DNA of 63,627 nt, filler included, from Candidatus Woesearchaeota archaeon (GTDB lineage: Archaea > Nanobdellota > Nanobdellia > Woesearchaeales > BM511): assembly GCA_023266675.1 (NCBI GenBank). It is 5 parts of 5 records of this genome, joined end to end, with 100 filler letters (N's around TTAATTAATTAA, not from the genome) between each part and the next. Parts side by side here need not be neighbours in the genome. Positions count along the whole stretch, not along the records: positions 6,716 to 28,805 come from JAHFPP010000013.1; 4 more parts are not named here. The stretch is one strand, 5' to 3'. The notes beneath the pieces were generated by a model that was given only the letters and a program-made list of their open reading frames with translations, searched no databases and was not told the DNA's origin. The translations under genes and the position numbers were made by a program. This document shows, piece by piece, positions 9,950 to 20,260 of this stretch. Each line of letters begins with the position of its first letter. The stretch's first letter is position 1.

Positions 9950-12900
9950 TTATTTTTCTTCGTCGCTCTCAATAATCTCTTCCTCTTTATGATGTTTGTT
10001 GTGGTGCTGTTGTTTCTCAGTGGAAGACGTTTTTGGTTTATACTCGCTTTTGTTTGATATGATTACAGGTTCGTTTTTCTTTCCTCTATTGAAAAAGTAA
10101 AAACCTACTGCCAAGGCAACTATTGCTGCTCCAATTATCAACCATACCGCCTTACTATTACTCTTTTTAGTTGGTATATTCGGAGGTGTTTCTGTTACTG
10201 CAGGTGTTGTTGTTTTTGGTGTTTCTGCAGGTGTGGTTGTTGTTACAGGTGTTTCTGCTGGTGGTGTAGTTGTTGTAGCCACTGGAGTTACTACTGCGGC
10301 TTCTTTTACTCCGATTGCAAAGTATGAAAACCCTGGCGTTTCTGCGCTGAAATAATAATACTTTGAGTCATCAGTTGTTGCAGATGTTTTTAATTCAGTC
10401 CAAGCATTGTCTACATACCTGTAAAGCGTTATCTCTTCTGATTTTGCGTCTCTGCTTGTCATCCATGTCTTCTCAACTTTAAAGTTTAATTTTGCTGTCT
10501 TGAATTTTGAGTTGTCAATTGTTGGGTGACTAATCTCAATGTAACCATATACATCTTTAGCTGATGTTACATCTCCTACACCGCTTGGCTTTCCAAGCAG
10601 GCTAGTTGCAATTATTCTGACATTTGATGCTTCTTCATTCAATGTAAATTCAACATTTGTTACAGCAAGTCCTTCTTTTGAAAAACTCATCTCGGTTGCT
10701 GTGTCAGCTGCAACATTTGATTGCGATGTTGACTGCTCAACTGGTGTTGCTGACGTTGAACTTGTGCTTGTTGTTGAGGATTTTGCAGTTACTGTGTAGC
10801 TTACTGAAACTGATTTACTGTTTCCTGCTGCGTCAGTTACTGTGCACGTTGCTGTTTTAGAGCCTGCGGATGATGTGCTTAATGTTGTTGTGTGTGAAAC
10901 TGTGCCATCAACTGCGTCTGTTGCTGTACATGTAGCTGTCAATGAATCGCCGACATAAACTGTTCCTGTTTTTGACAGTGTGTATGTTGGTGTTCCAGGC
11001 GCCGTTGTATCGCTTTCTTCATAGGCAACAAAGCTTGTGAAGTGTTTTGTCCAGATTACTAAATCAGAGCCTACTGTATATTTACATTCGGTGTTAGCAG
11101 TTAAGTTATCATTTGTTGCCTGAGTGTCGTCAGTACAATTGTTTGTAATTTTTGTAAATGTTATTCCTCTTTGGTATCCTGCTAATTTATTTGCCATTCC
11201 AGGTAAAACTAATCTTACTGCTTTGTTAAATGTCAAGTTTGCGATACTGCTTCCAACTTCAACTACCATAAGTGATGTTGCGTTGTATCCTGTTGTTGCG
11301 TTTGGCGTAGATGAATTATCTTCCTTAACTTTTGGAAGAGTTAATGTTCCGTCCCATCCTGTTCCGTTGATTGTAATATTATTTGGGAATTTTATATCAA
11401 TAATTCCATCTGTTGTATTTACTGTCGCATTGATTGAACCACTAATTACAACTGTTATTCCTGATATCAACGAAGTGAAGTTAAGTGTAACTTCTGAGGC
11501 GTTTTGCGGCACTGTTATTGTAGCGTTCAAACCGCTTGTTGATGAATTGAAATCAAGCTGTGTGAAGTTTGATGTAATAACTGTTGTTGTGTTAAATGCT
11601 TGAGCAAGTCTTAGCAGTGCATATATTGTTGTTGATGAACCATTGTTTCCAAGTGAGTCGGTTGCGTAGTATGTCAATGTGTTGTTTCCATTTCCGCTAA
11701 TTGTAACGTTTATTAAACTTCCAGATGTAGTATTATAGGCGGCTCCATTTAATGAGTAACTAACGTTTGATACTGTTCCAATGTTAGCATCTGTTGCGTT
11801 TAGTACAACACTGAAAGCTGTTGTTAACCAGTTTGAACCAGGGTTGGTTGCACCTACTGTTGGTCCTGTTTTGTCAACTAATACTCTCACTGTTTTATTT
11901 GCTTCTCTGTTTCCAACGTTGTCTAAAGAGTAAAATATTATTGTGTGGTTTCCTGTTGTTGATACTGTTGTACTGTTTCCCTGCACAAATGTTCCGCTTG
12001 CGTTAGAGTAAGTAGTTAAAACTCCAGCGACAGCATCTGTTGAAGTAAAGTTTAATGTTACATCTGAAGCAGTCCATGTTAACGATGAGTTTCCGCTTAC
12101 TGTTGTTACTGGCGCTGTCGTGTCTACTGTAAAGTTTACTCTGCTTGAAGCATTAAGATTGTTTGCTGAGTCATTCGCGTATACTGTTACGTTGTTTAAG
12201 CCGCTTGTTACACCAACCATTGATGTAACGTTTGCGCATGATGCAATTGATATGTTATAGTATCCGCTTGAGTTTCCTAACTGGTACCAGCAATTGCTAA
12301 CGCCTGATAAGCTGTCTATTATTACATAATTTAATGCAACTGTTGCGTTGTATATTGTTGAATTTGCAGGACTTACAATGCTTATTGTTGGCGCTACTGT
12401 ATCAAGCAGCGGGTAAATCGTATGCGGACTTTCAACGTTATTTTGTGAGTCAACTGCGTAATATACTAATGTGTTATTTTGGCTTGTGTTAATTAAAACT
12501 GTTCCGTTGTTGCCACTTATTTGTCCTGATACACCATTAAGTGTGTAGTTAATATATGAAACACTGCTAATTCCTGTAGCGCTTAATGTTACGTTGAAGT
12601 CAGCGTTTTTCCATGTGAATGTTGGTGCTACTGCAGTAGCAGATATAACTGTAACGTTATTGGAGTCAAGTGTGACTGCTGTTTGCGCGAGCGCTCGTCC
12701 GTTTAATGTTGCGCCAGTCTGAATTACAATTGCTGTCATGTCTAAAATGTTTCCGTTGAAAACCGATGTTGTTCCAAGTGTTGTTTGTCCAGCTACCTGC
12801 CAGAATATGTTTTGTGCCTGACATCCACCAGTTAAGTTAACTCGTTTACCATTGCTGATACTAAGTGTTTGAGCTATCTGGAAGATGAATACTCCATTAG

Positions 12901-15900
12901 CGTCGCCTGAACAATTTAAAACAAGATCTGTTGGTATTGTTACGCCAGTCCCCCATTTGTAAAGACCTGGTGTAAGGTTCATTCCTCCAATATTTCCAGT
13001 TCCAAGTTCAGTATAATCTGGGGTTGCTCGTCCTGCTGCGTTAGTATATGCTGTTTGCATATCACTTATTGCAGTAGTCATATTAGCAGGGGTTGGTGAT
13101 GTATAGTCTGCTGCATAAATATTTCCTGTAACCAAAGATGATGTTGAAAATGTATTAGAGGCATCCATGATTAAATCAAATCCTGTGATAAACGTAGCTG
13201 CAGCAGGGCTAACTCCTATGTTGCCTGTAACTGTTGTAGTGCCTGTAGTTGATACTCCTGTTTTTGCAAGTATAACATAATTTCCTGCTGTTCCTAAATC
13301 TACAGCTTGGCTGTTTGTTGTTGGAATAATTGTTGTAACAGTTGTTGGTCCTGACCTGTCAACCAAAACATATATTGTGTTGTTTGCTTCCCTGTTTCCA
13401 ACGTTGTCTATTGAATAAAATATTACTGTGTGGTTTCCTGTTGTTGATATCGTTGTTGAGTTTGCGCTTGTAACGCTTCCTGAATCAACTTTAAAGTATG
13501 TTGCGTTAACAGTTAACCCATTTGTGTCTGATGCTGTGAATGTTAATGTTACGTTTGTAGCTACCCACACGTTTGATGTGTTTCCTGAAACAACTGTTAC
13601 TGGCGCTGCAGTGTCTACAGTAAATGTTATCATGCTCGATGTTCCAATATTACCTACTGAATCATTTGCATATACTGTTACGTTGTTTGAACCGCTTGTT
13701 ACGCCAACCATTGATGTAACGTTTGCGCATGATGCAATTGAGATGCTGTAGTATCCGCTTGAGTTTCCTAACCTGTACGAGCAATTGCTAATGCCAGATA
13801 AGCTGTCTGTTCTTATGTAATTTAATGAAACTGTGGTGTTATACACTCCGCTATTTACTGGTGCAGTAATATTTACTGTTGGTGCTACATTATCAACATT
13901 AAATGTTATGTTTGATGATGCTCTGTTTCCTGCTGCTCCACCAAAGTCTGTTGCGTTTACAATCAATGTGTGCTGTGTGTTTTGCGTGAAGTTGTATGAA
14001 AATGCACAGAAGTAAGCATCTGAACCAGTTGATATTTGGGAACAGTTGCTTAAGTTACCAATTAAACCGCCTACGCTGTCAATTATTAATACACTGCTTA
14101 ATGTTGTTCCTGTACCATTTATTGATATGTTAACAGTTTGCACAGATGTTGATGTGTTCATTGATTGTGTTGGGTTGATGAATGCTATTATTGGCGTTGA
14201 GTTATCTGTTACGTTGTATCCTGAGAATCCAGTAACGTTTATTGTCAGATTAACAGTTGATGTGTGTAATCCTGAATCATATCCATTTGAAACAAAACTG
14301 CTGCCTGAAAATTCGCTAGGAATATCTGCAATAACTGCTGGAAGTCTTGTGAATGGAAGGTAGAAGAATTTTATCACAGAGGTTGTGTTAAGTTCTGCAA
14401 ACGCAGTTGAATTGATATATATTCTTGCGTCTCCAAATTGATTAGGTGCAATTAGTGTAACACTCATTGCAGATTGTAATAAAGATAATTTTTGCGCCTG
14501 CTGCGGTGTTGAAAGATTTACTGATGTAAGGTTTAATATCATTACATCTCTAAAATTTGAATCAAGTCCTGGTATAAGACCCTGTGCCATGCATGAAAAG
14601 TTTGCCTGAATGTTTATGATAAAATTAACTGCTGCAAAATTTGTTGTAGTTGAAAAGTCAGTTGTTAAAGGTCCAAACTGCGTGCATGTTAGTGGTGAAG
14701 GCGATGGAGGTGTTGTCATATTGTATAATATGACTTGTGTCTGATTTACTCCTGTAAATGTAAAACTGTTTCCTGCATTATCTTTTGCATCAGTTATTGT
14801 TATATACGATACGTCAAAATTATGTGTTGATATAATACTTGAATTTAATGCTACTGACGTGTTAAATACTCCGCCGCCAATATCAGTTAAGTTTACAAGA
14901 CCTAGTCCGACTTGGCTGAAATTTGCAGTTATATATTTTATTCCTGCGGCTCCGTTATCAGCTGCATTGACACGGAGTGTTATAATATTATTTGGCGATG
15001 TTCCTGAAACAAACATGTCTGCTTCATTCAAATAAACAAAACTGATGTTAAGTGCTAAATTGTCAAATGTGACGTTGCTTCCGCCTGTTATTGATGTTAC
15101 CGGTGTTCCAATATTTCCTACAGTGTCGTTGAAGTTGATTGTGAAATTTACTTTTCCTAAAGCATCTGATGAATTCATAACTCTTAATGCTGTCCACGTT
15201 GTTAGAGAACTGTTTGTTGGAGTTGTAGCATATCCACCAATTGTTACTGTCGGTGTTCCAATTGTTTCGTTTGCAGTAAACGTCAAGTTTACTGTGTCAC
15301 CGTTTGTTGCAAGTGTTGTGTTTACGTTGTTTGAAGAAATGTTAACAAATGTTAAGACTGGGGATGCTGTATCAATAATTATTGCGTGTGCACCTGTGAA
15401 AGTTCCTGTTGCTGGCAAAAAATTTGTTGCATAATTACCTAAAATATCTTTAATACTATGTGTTCCATTATTAGTATTTAATGAAAACTGTGATGAGTAT
15501 CCTAAATCTGCACTATTTTCTCCAGACGCAACAGTGTACGTGAATGTCAATACAATAGATCCATTTCCGGCAGAATAAAATGCATAACCGCCTGAATTTA
15601 AAGTAATATTTGGTATACCAGTAACATATACTGATTCAGAAAAATTAACTGTGAAGTTAATTACGTCCCCTGCTTTGTAAGTTCCATCAGCTTTTGATGT
15701 GTTAACAAAGGTTATACCTGGTTCTAATGTGTCTATAGTATAATTAGTTGAAGTATTTCCTATAAGTGGAGCGTTGCCTGCATAATCATTCCAGCTTGTA
15801 CCAATGCTTAAATTGTTAAATTGTGATCCTTCATTAGTATCATATGGTGTAAGTACAGTAGTCCAAGTAATATTATCGGTAGTAGATACAGCTGATAATG

Positions 15901-16477
15901 TAGTAAAATTACTATTTATTATTATATCCGTATCATCAAAATTAAACACTGGTTCAGTAAAAGTGAAACTTACTAAACCTTTTTCTCCTCTATGAATTGA
16001 AGTATCATTTAAAGATATAACAACTGTTGGTCTATTTGCATCTATTGCGTCAGCAGCATTTGCGTCTACGTTTCCTGTGAATGCAGCATTTGATTCACCA
16101 ATTGTATTATTTAAAATTAGATTAGCAACAGGGATATTTGCTCCTGCTGCAACATTTGTTCCACCATTTGTAATTGTGAATGTTGCAGTATAAGATGTAG
16201 AACTTGATCTAGATAATCCACCTAATGTAAATCCTCCGATTGTTCCAGAGACTAATATGTATGGTTGATTATCTGCAGAATCATCAGCAACAGTGATTGT
16301 TGCTGTAACAACATCATTAACCTTCATTGCAACATTAGGTATACTAACTGATGAAACTGAGGGAGTTGCCATTACAGAGCTGACGCTAAGGACGAGTAGA
16401 AGGATTGTGAGGGTTGTTAGAATAATATATTTTGATGTCTTTAGCTTTGTATTACTGTATGTAGATGTTATTTTCAT
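9950..16477 (-). CDS. Giant cell-surface glycoprotein/adhesin: Ig-like repeats, DUF3494 ice-binding-type domain, PGF-pre-PGF domain, C-terminal TM
   Basis: Signal peptide; repeated D..GN/VD..AP Ig-like modules; many N-x-S/T sequons; VDLGTAGNYVILAKTG...LTPGLYKW...IFWQVAG...GRALAQTAVTLD block; TPGFSYFAIG; Thr/Pro linker; TM and basic tail. Confidence 0.9.
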   Translation of the reverse strand: MKITSTYSNTKLKTSKYIILTTLTILLLVLSVSSVMATPSVSSVSIPNVAMKVNDVVTATITVADDSADNQPYILVSGTIGGFTLGGLSRSSSTSYTATFTITNGGTNVAAGANIPVANLILNNTIGESNAAFTGNVDANAADAIDANRPTVVISLNDTSIHRGEKGLVSFTFTEPVFNFDDTDIIINSNFTTLSAVSTTDNITWTTVLTPYDTNEGSQFNNLSIGTSWNDYAGNAPLIGNTSTNYTIDTLEPGITFVNTSKADGTYKAGDVINFTVNFSESVYVTGIPNITLNSGGYAFYSAGNGSIVLTFTYTVASGENSADLGYSSQFSLNTNNGTHSIKDILGNYATNFLPATGTFTGAHAIIIDTASPVLTFVNISSNNVNTTLATNGDTVNLTFTANETIGTPTVTIGGYATTPTNSSLTTWTALRVMNSSDALGKVNFTINFNDTVGNIGTPVTSITGGSNVTFDNLALNISFVYLNEADMFVSGTSPNNIITLRVNAADNGAAGIKYITANFSQVGLGLVNLTDIGGGVFNTSVALNSSIISTHNFDVSYITITDAKDNAGNSFTFTGVNQTQVILYNMTTPPSPSPLTCTQFGPLTTDFSTTTNFAAVNFIINIQANFSCMAQGLIPGLDSNFRDVMILNLTSVNLSTPQQAQKLSLLQSAMSVTLIAPNQFGDARIYINSTAFAELNTTSVIKFFYLPFTRLPAVIADIPSEFSGSSFVSNGYDSGLHTSTVNLTINVTGFSGYNVTDNSTPIIAFINPTQSMNTSTSVQTVNISINGTGTTLSSVLIIDSVGGLIGNLSNCSQISTGSDAYFCAFSYNFTQNTQHTLIVNATDFGGAAGNRASSNITFNVDNVAPTVNITAPVNSGVYNTTVSLNYIRTDSLSGISNCSYRLGNSSGYYSISIASCANVTSMVGVTSGSNNVTVYANDSVGNIGTSSMITFTVDTAAPVTVVSGNTSNVWVATNVTLTFTASDTNGLTVNATYFKVDSGSVTSANSTTISTTGNHTVIFYSIDNVGNREANNTIYVLVDRSGPTTVTTIIPTTNSQAVDLGTAGNYVILAKTGVSTTGTTTVTGNIGVSPAAATFITGFDLIMDASNTFSTSSLVTGNIYAADYTSPTPANMTTAISDMQTAYTNAAGRATPDYTELGTGNIGGMNLTPGLYKWGTGVTIPTDLVLNCSGDANGVFIFQIAQTLSISNGKRVNLTGGCQAQNIFWQVAGQTTLGTTSVFNGNILDMTAIVIQTGATLNGRALAQTAVTLDSNNVTVISATAVAPTFTWKNADFNVTLSATGISSVSYINYTLNGVSGQISGNNGTVLINTSQNNTLVYYAVDSQNNVESPHTIYPLLDTVAPTISIVSPANSTIYNATVALNYVIIDSLSGVSNCWYQLGNSSGYYNISIASCANVTSMVGVTSGLNNVTVYANDSANNLNASSRVNFTVDTTAPVTTVSGNSSLTWTASDVTLNFTSTDAVAGVLTTYSNASGTFVQGNSTTVSTTGNHTIIFYSLDNVGNREANKTVRVLVDKTGPTVGATNPGSNWLTTAFSVVLNATDANIGTVSNVSYSLNGAAYNTTSGSLINVTISGNGNNTLTYYATDSLGNNGSSTTIYALLRLAQAFNTTTVITSNFTQLDFNSSTSGLNATITVPQNASEVTLNFTSLISGITVVISGSINATVNTTDGIIDIKFPNNITINGTGWDGTLTLPKVKEDNSSTPNATTGYNATSLMVVEVGSSIANLTFNKAVRLVLPGMANKLAGYQRGITFTKITNNCTDDTQATNDNLTANTECKYTVGSDLVIWTKHFTSFVAYEESDTTAPGTPTYTLSKTGTVYVGDSLTATCTATDAVDGTVSHTTTLSTSSAGSKTATCTVTDAAGNSKSVSVSYTVTAKSSTTSTSSTSATPVEQSTSQSNVAADTATEMSFSKEGLAVTNVEFTLNEEASNVRIIATSLLGKPSGVGDVTSAKDVYGYIEISHPTIDNSKFKTAKLNFKVEKTWMTSRDAKSEEITLYRYVDNAWTELKTSATTDDSKYYYFSAETPGFSYFAIGVKEAAVVTPVATTTTPPAETPVTTTTPAETPKTTTPAVTETPPNIPTKKSNSKAVWLIIGAAIVALAVGFYFFNRGKKNEPVIISNKSEYKPKTSSTEKQQHHNKHHKEEEIIESDEEK
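11870..13880 (-). repeat. Intragenic duplicated Ig-like module pair flanking the DUF3494 domain
   Basis: Cores 12180-12317 and 13671-13808 are about 90% identical at nucleotide level by manual count; both encode LGNSSGYY.ISIASCANVTSMVGVTSG.NNVTVYANDS. Confidence 0.85.
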
Positions 16478-16648
16478 TCGATCCCCCCGAATATCAATTA
16501 AAATTTTAGGTAAAAAATTAATCTTATGCTTGGGAATACCTTTAATATTTATAAAGGTTAGTCACCACTATTATTTGACAAAAACAACTTTTTTAGTTTA
16601 TATTTGTTTTTTTAAATTGTTTTTTTGCTGAGGAGAACTATTGTTTAT

Positions 16649-19600
16649 TTATTCATTTTTAGAATTTATTATTTCATTATCTTTGCTTTCAATTTTTATT
16701 TCTTTATTTGATGATACTTTAATATCATTTTTATTCTTCATTCTCATTGCGCTAGAAAAAATCATTATCAAAAATATCAGCACAGCAAACCTATAGTACC
16801 ATATCTTTTCAAGCTCAATATGTGGTAGGCTTCCTATAACGTTCCCGGTTAATAATGAAGGTTTATCTGAAGCATCGCTTTGTACTGTTTCATTTGTTTT
16901 AATAAGCGTTTCATTGTTATAAACTTGTGAATCTATTTTAATATTGACTTTCTGTTTTGCTGCAATTGCAAACACAGACATTCCTTTGCTTACGCTTTCA
17001 AATACGTAATTGTCAGCGTCTTCGCCTATTATTTTTGTTTCTAAACTTTCCCATGCACCGCTGGAAAATCTGTAAAGTGCAATCTCTTCCTGTTTTATAT
17101 TGTTGGCTGTAAACCATGATTTTTCGACTTTGAATTCTATTGCCGCAGACTTAATATCAGAATTATTCAGGTTTGGATGCTTTAGTTCCAAATATTTATA
17201 AACAGAGATTATCGTCTCTTTGTCTGTTTCAATTGATGGTATGCTATCAGGTTTTGACAAAAGCATTGATACACTAACGTCAGCGCTTTTTTCTCCGTTT
17301 AATAAAACAAGTGAAAGTTCTGTAATGGCGTCATTTGATTTTGAAAAAGAAATTTTTACAGTTTCTGTTGTGCTGGTTTCTAAATTATTTTGTGCAGTTT
17401 CTTGTGAAGTTGAAGCGCCTCTATCATTGCTGCCTTTTTTTGCACTAGTTGTTACCGGTCTTAAAATTACTGAATAATTCTTTTCAGCACTCACACTGTT
17501 TGAGGCGTCGTCGCTTGCAGTGCATTTTGCTGTGAATGTTCCAAGAGATGATGCAGACAGCCCGCTTATATTTCTTAAAACATTTGTGTCTATATTATCT
17601 GTGGCATCGCATACAGCGTTTAATGAATCATCCTTATATACTGTATCAGCTGAAAGATTAAATGAGTTTATTGTCGGAGGAGTTTTGTCAAAAACAACAA
17701 AACCAGAGTTAGTTGTTGAGTTGACACTTTGGCCGATATTTCCTGATGTGTCAGCAAAATCTATCGTGAAATTCAGCACCCCTTCATTATCAAGAGAAGT
17801 GAGATTGTATTTGCAAACATAATTATGGGTTGTTCCATTAATCAATTCAGGCGTGATATTTTTTTCATTTATTCTCACGTCTGGCAAGTTAAGCAAATCT
17901 TCTGACGCATTAAAATAAAGTGTTACTTCATCTCCAGTTTTCCCATATGACTTGTTTGTGCTGTTTGAAAAAATTGAAACGGCATTTAAAACAGGCGGCG
18001 TCTTGTCAAACACAACTTTCTTTCCTGAACTGTCGCTTGCAATCTGTGTGATAAAATTAAGCGCGATATCCGTGTAATTAACAGTGAAATTTACCTCTCC
18101 ATCGCTGTCATTTTGACTTAATGTGTAGTTTGTGCTCCAGTGTTTTAAATCAATCCCCTGTAAAACAGAAATATTTTTCCCATAAACAGTGATATTTGGG
18201 GTATTTATATCTTCATCAGTAATCATAATAAAACTAATTACTTCTCCTATTTTTGCTCTTGATTGGTTGGTGTTGTTTGTGAGCATCGTAATATTCTGAG
18301 GAGCATGCAGTATACCATCATAAATATTTACAATATCTGTCTGTTCAAGATTTCCATTTAAATAGGCGTCTTCTATGACACCAACATTTGCGAGTTCAAG
18401 TAGGTTTGTCCCGTTAACAAAGTTTTGTATCGCTCCATATATTATTATGTCTGCAGTGTCCTTAAAACCAAGATTTTCCACGCTTAACATGGTTTTGTTT
18501 CCAATGTTGCTTAGTACATCTTTTGATATTACAAAATCTGAAATTAATAATTGCGATAAATTTATCCTCTCGCTAAACGCAACTGTTATCGTTGTCGAAT
18601 TCTTTGTCTTTGCGCTGATTATTGTCGGTCCTGCCATATCAACTGAAGTTATGTTGTTAACTGATTCCATTAAATTACCTTTATCGTCAGCAATATTTCC
18701 TTTAATATAACTTAACAAGGGAGTGGCGCCAGTGTCAGGAAAGTCATTTTCAAGCATACTAAGATAAACAGTATTATTATTCTCGCTGTCAAGCACTGTG
18801 TTGTCAGAGCAGTCTGGGATTGTGCATACCTCAACAACATCATATCCGTTTACAGAAAATCCGCTTGGGTAGTCATCAGTAAATGTTTGAAAATCAAGCG
18901 TTTCGCTGAATATGATTTTTACGTTGTCTATGTACCCGTATGATTGGTAGTCTCCTGTTTCAATTCGTATTATCTTTGGTCCCTGTCTGTCGCTTATATT
19001 TTTTCCGCTAAAAGACGAAACCTCATTATCTGCGCTATCTTTGATTACCGCATAATTTGATGAATACTCAAAATCAGTTGCATTAAACGCTGTGTTGTTT
19101 ATATCTTCAACTTCCAATTCAACAATTGAGCCATTAACAAAAGCATTTAATGAAACTATACCTGTTGCTCTCCAGTCTCCTGACGCGCCAAAATTAAATG
19201 TTTCATTGTCCAGGTTTTCTGAAAAATTTAACATAATCCTGTTGCTAGCTGTTGCAGAGGCGCTTACAAAAACTGGTGAAGCTTCATCAATAAATGCTGC
19301 TTGGCTTTGCTCTTTTAACGCATCGTTTGTATTGCCGCGCCCGTCAACAAGTGAAAAATTGTTCTGTGTCGTAATTGAAACATTTTCAATGTGTGTTGCT
19401 GTAATATTTGATTCTGTTAAAAGCGTAATATCAACATTTGTAACGCCGCCGTATACGATGTTACTTAGGCTGTTTCCAAATGACGCGCCTATAATATTGC
19501 CATTAGAGCTAAATCTTAAATCATTCAGGCTCAAAAAGCTTGAGTTATCCAAACTTTCAGAAAAAAACAGTGTTAATGTATCAATTTTTCCGTTAGCATC

Positions 19601-20104
19601 AGTGTCTTTATATCTAAATGAGGATATCACCGGAGGCACGCTGTCAGCTGCGTTTGAAGGCAGAGCTGAACTGTTAAGCGTGCTTAAATTTGTTAAATAG
19701 TCTTTAAACCTGCTTGGGAAAAAAGTTACTCCTGGAGTTACCGAAGTATCAACTTCTGAATTTTCAGTTAAGTTATAATACAGTGTGTCTGTGGATATCC
19801 CGCTAACTGAAATAATGTCATATCCATCAACTGCAAGACCAGGATTTGAGTCAGCGCCAACTGCATAAACACCATTATCTGTGACTGCTTCTGAAAATGT
19901 AACCACAATCTTGTCAATTTTTCCGTTCTCATTATTGTCCAATGTGTAAACATTTGTTACTCTGGGAACGTTTGCAGAGGCATTATCTGATGATAATATC
20001 AATAATATGGTTAATATCGTCAAAGGTATTATTAATAATCTGGAATTTAAAGAGAAGTATCTATTAATATCTCTAAATATACCTAAACTAAACTCTTTTT
20101 TCAA
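16649..20104 (-). CDS. Large cell-surface protein with Ig-like repeats, PGF-pre-PGF-like domain and C-terminal TM
   Basis: Signal peptide, repeated D.N.NGKID and FSE.L modules, YKYLEL..F.VEKSW..LYR..W..L.T..SKGMSVFAI, TM. TTG start with GGAGTG SD. Confidence 0.85.
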   Translation of the reverse strand: MKKEFSLGIFRDINRYFSLNSRLLIIPLTILTILLILSSDNASANVPRVTNVYTLDNNENGKIDKIVVTFSEAVTDNGVYAVGADSNPGLAVDGYDIISVSGISTDTLYYNLTENSEVDTSVTPGVTFFPSRFKDYLTNLSTLNSSALPSNAADSVPPVISSFRYKDTDANGKIDTLTLFFSESLDNSSFLSLNDLRFSSNGNIIGASFGNSLSNIVYGGVTNVDITLLTESNITATHIENVSITTQNNFSLVDGRGNTNDALKEQSQAAFIDEASPVFVSASATASNRIMLNFSENLDNETFNFGASGDWRATGIVSLNAFVNGSIVELEVEDINNTAFNATDFEYSSNYAVIKDSADNEVSSFSGKNISDRQGPKIIRIETGDYQSYGYIDNVKIIFSETLDFQTFTDDYPSGFSVNGYDVVEVCTIPDCSDNTVLDSENNNTVYLSMLENDFPDTGATPLLSYIKGNIADDKGNLMESVNNITSVDMAGPTIISAKTKNSTTITVAFSERINLSQLLISDFVISKDVLSNIGNKTMLSVENLGFKDTADIIIYGAIQNFVNGTNLLELANVGVIEDAYLNGNLEQTDIVNIYDGILHAPQNITMLTNNTNQSRAKIGEVISFIMITDEDINTPNITVYGKNISVLQGIDLKHWSTNYTLSQNDSDGEVNFTVNYTDIALNFITQIASDSSGKKVVFDKTPPVLNAVSIFSNSTNKSYGKTGDEVTLYFNASEDLLNLPDVRINEKNITPELINGTTHNYVCKYNLTSLDNEGVLNFTIDFADTSGNIGQSVNSTTNSGFVVFDKTPPTINSFNLSADTVYKDDSLNAVCDATDNIDTNVLRNISGLSASSLGTFTAKCTASDDASNSVSAEKNYSVILRPVTTSAKKGSNDRGASTSQETAQNNLETSTTETVKISFSKSNDAITELSLVLLNGEKSADVSVSMLLSKPDSIPSIETDKETIISVYKYLELKHPNLNNSDIKSAAIEFKVEKSWFTANNIKQEEIALYRFSSGAWESLETKIIGEDADNYVFESVSKGMSVFAIAAKQKVNIKIDSQVYNNETLIKTNETVQSDASDKPSLLTGNVIGSLPHIELEKIWYYRFAVLIFLIMIFSSAMRMKNKNDIKVSSNKEIKIESKDNEIINSKNE

Positions 20105-20260
20105 TTCACTCCACCCAAACTATAATAATTTAATAATAAACATCAATAACTGCTTTCCCGATGATAATAGTCATATTCTGAATTTTCAAGTTTATAAATA
20201 TTGCCTCTAATGCCTGTCAATTTCATAATCTTTATAAGTATAAACAAAAAATGTTTTACT

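Noticed and set aside
10180..10300. Short GGTGT/GTTGT repeats
   Set aside because: They encode the ordinary Thr/Pro-rich linker (TTPAETP) of the adhesin.
10657..19700. Many plus-strand ORFs inside the two giant surface genes
   Set aside because: Antisense shadows of Thr/Asn/Ser-rich coding sequence with no motifs or start signals.
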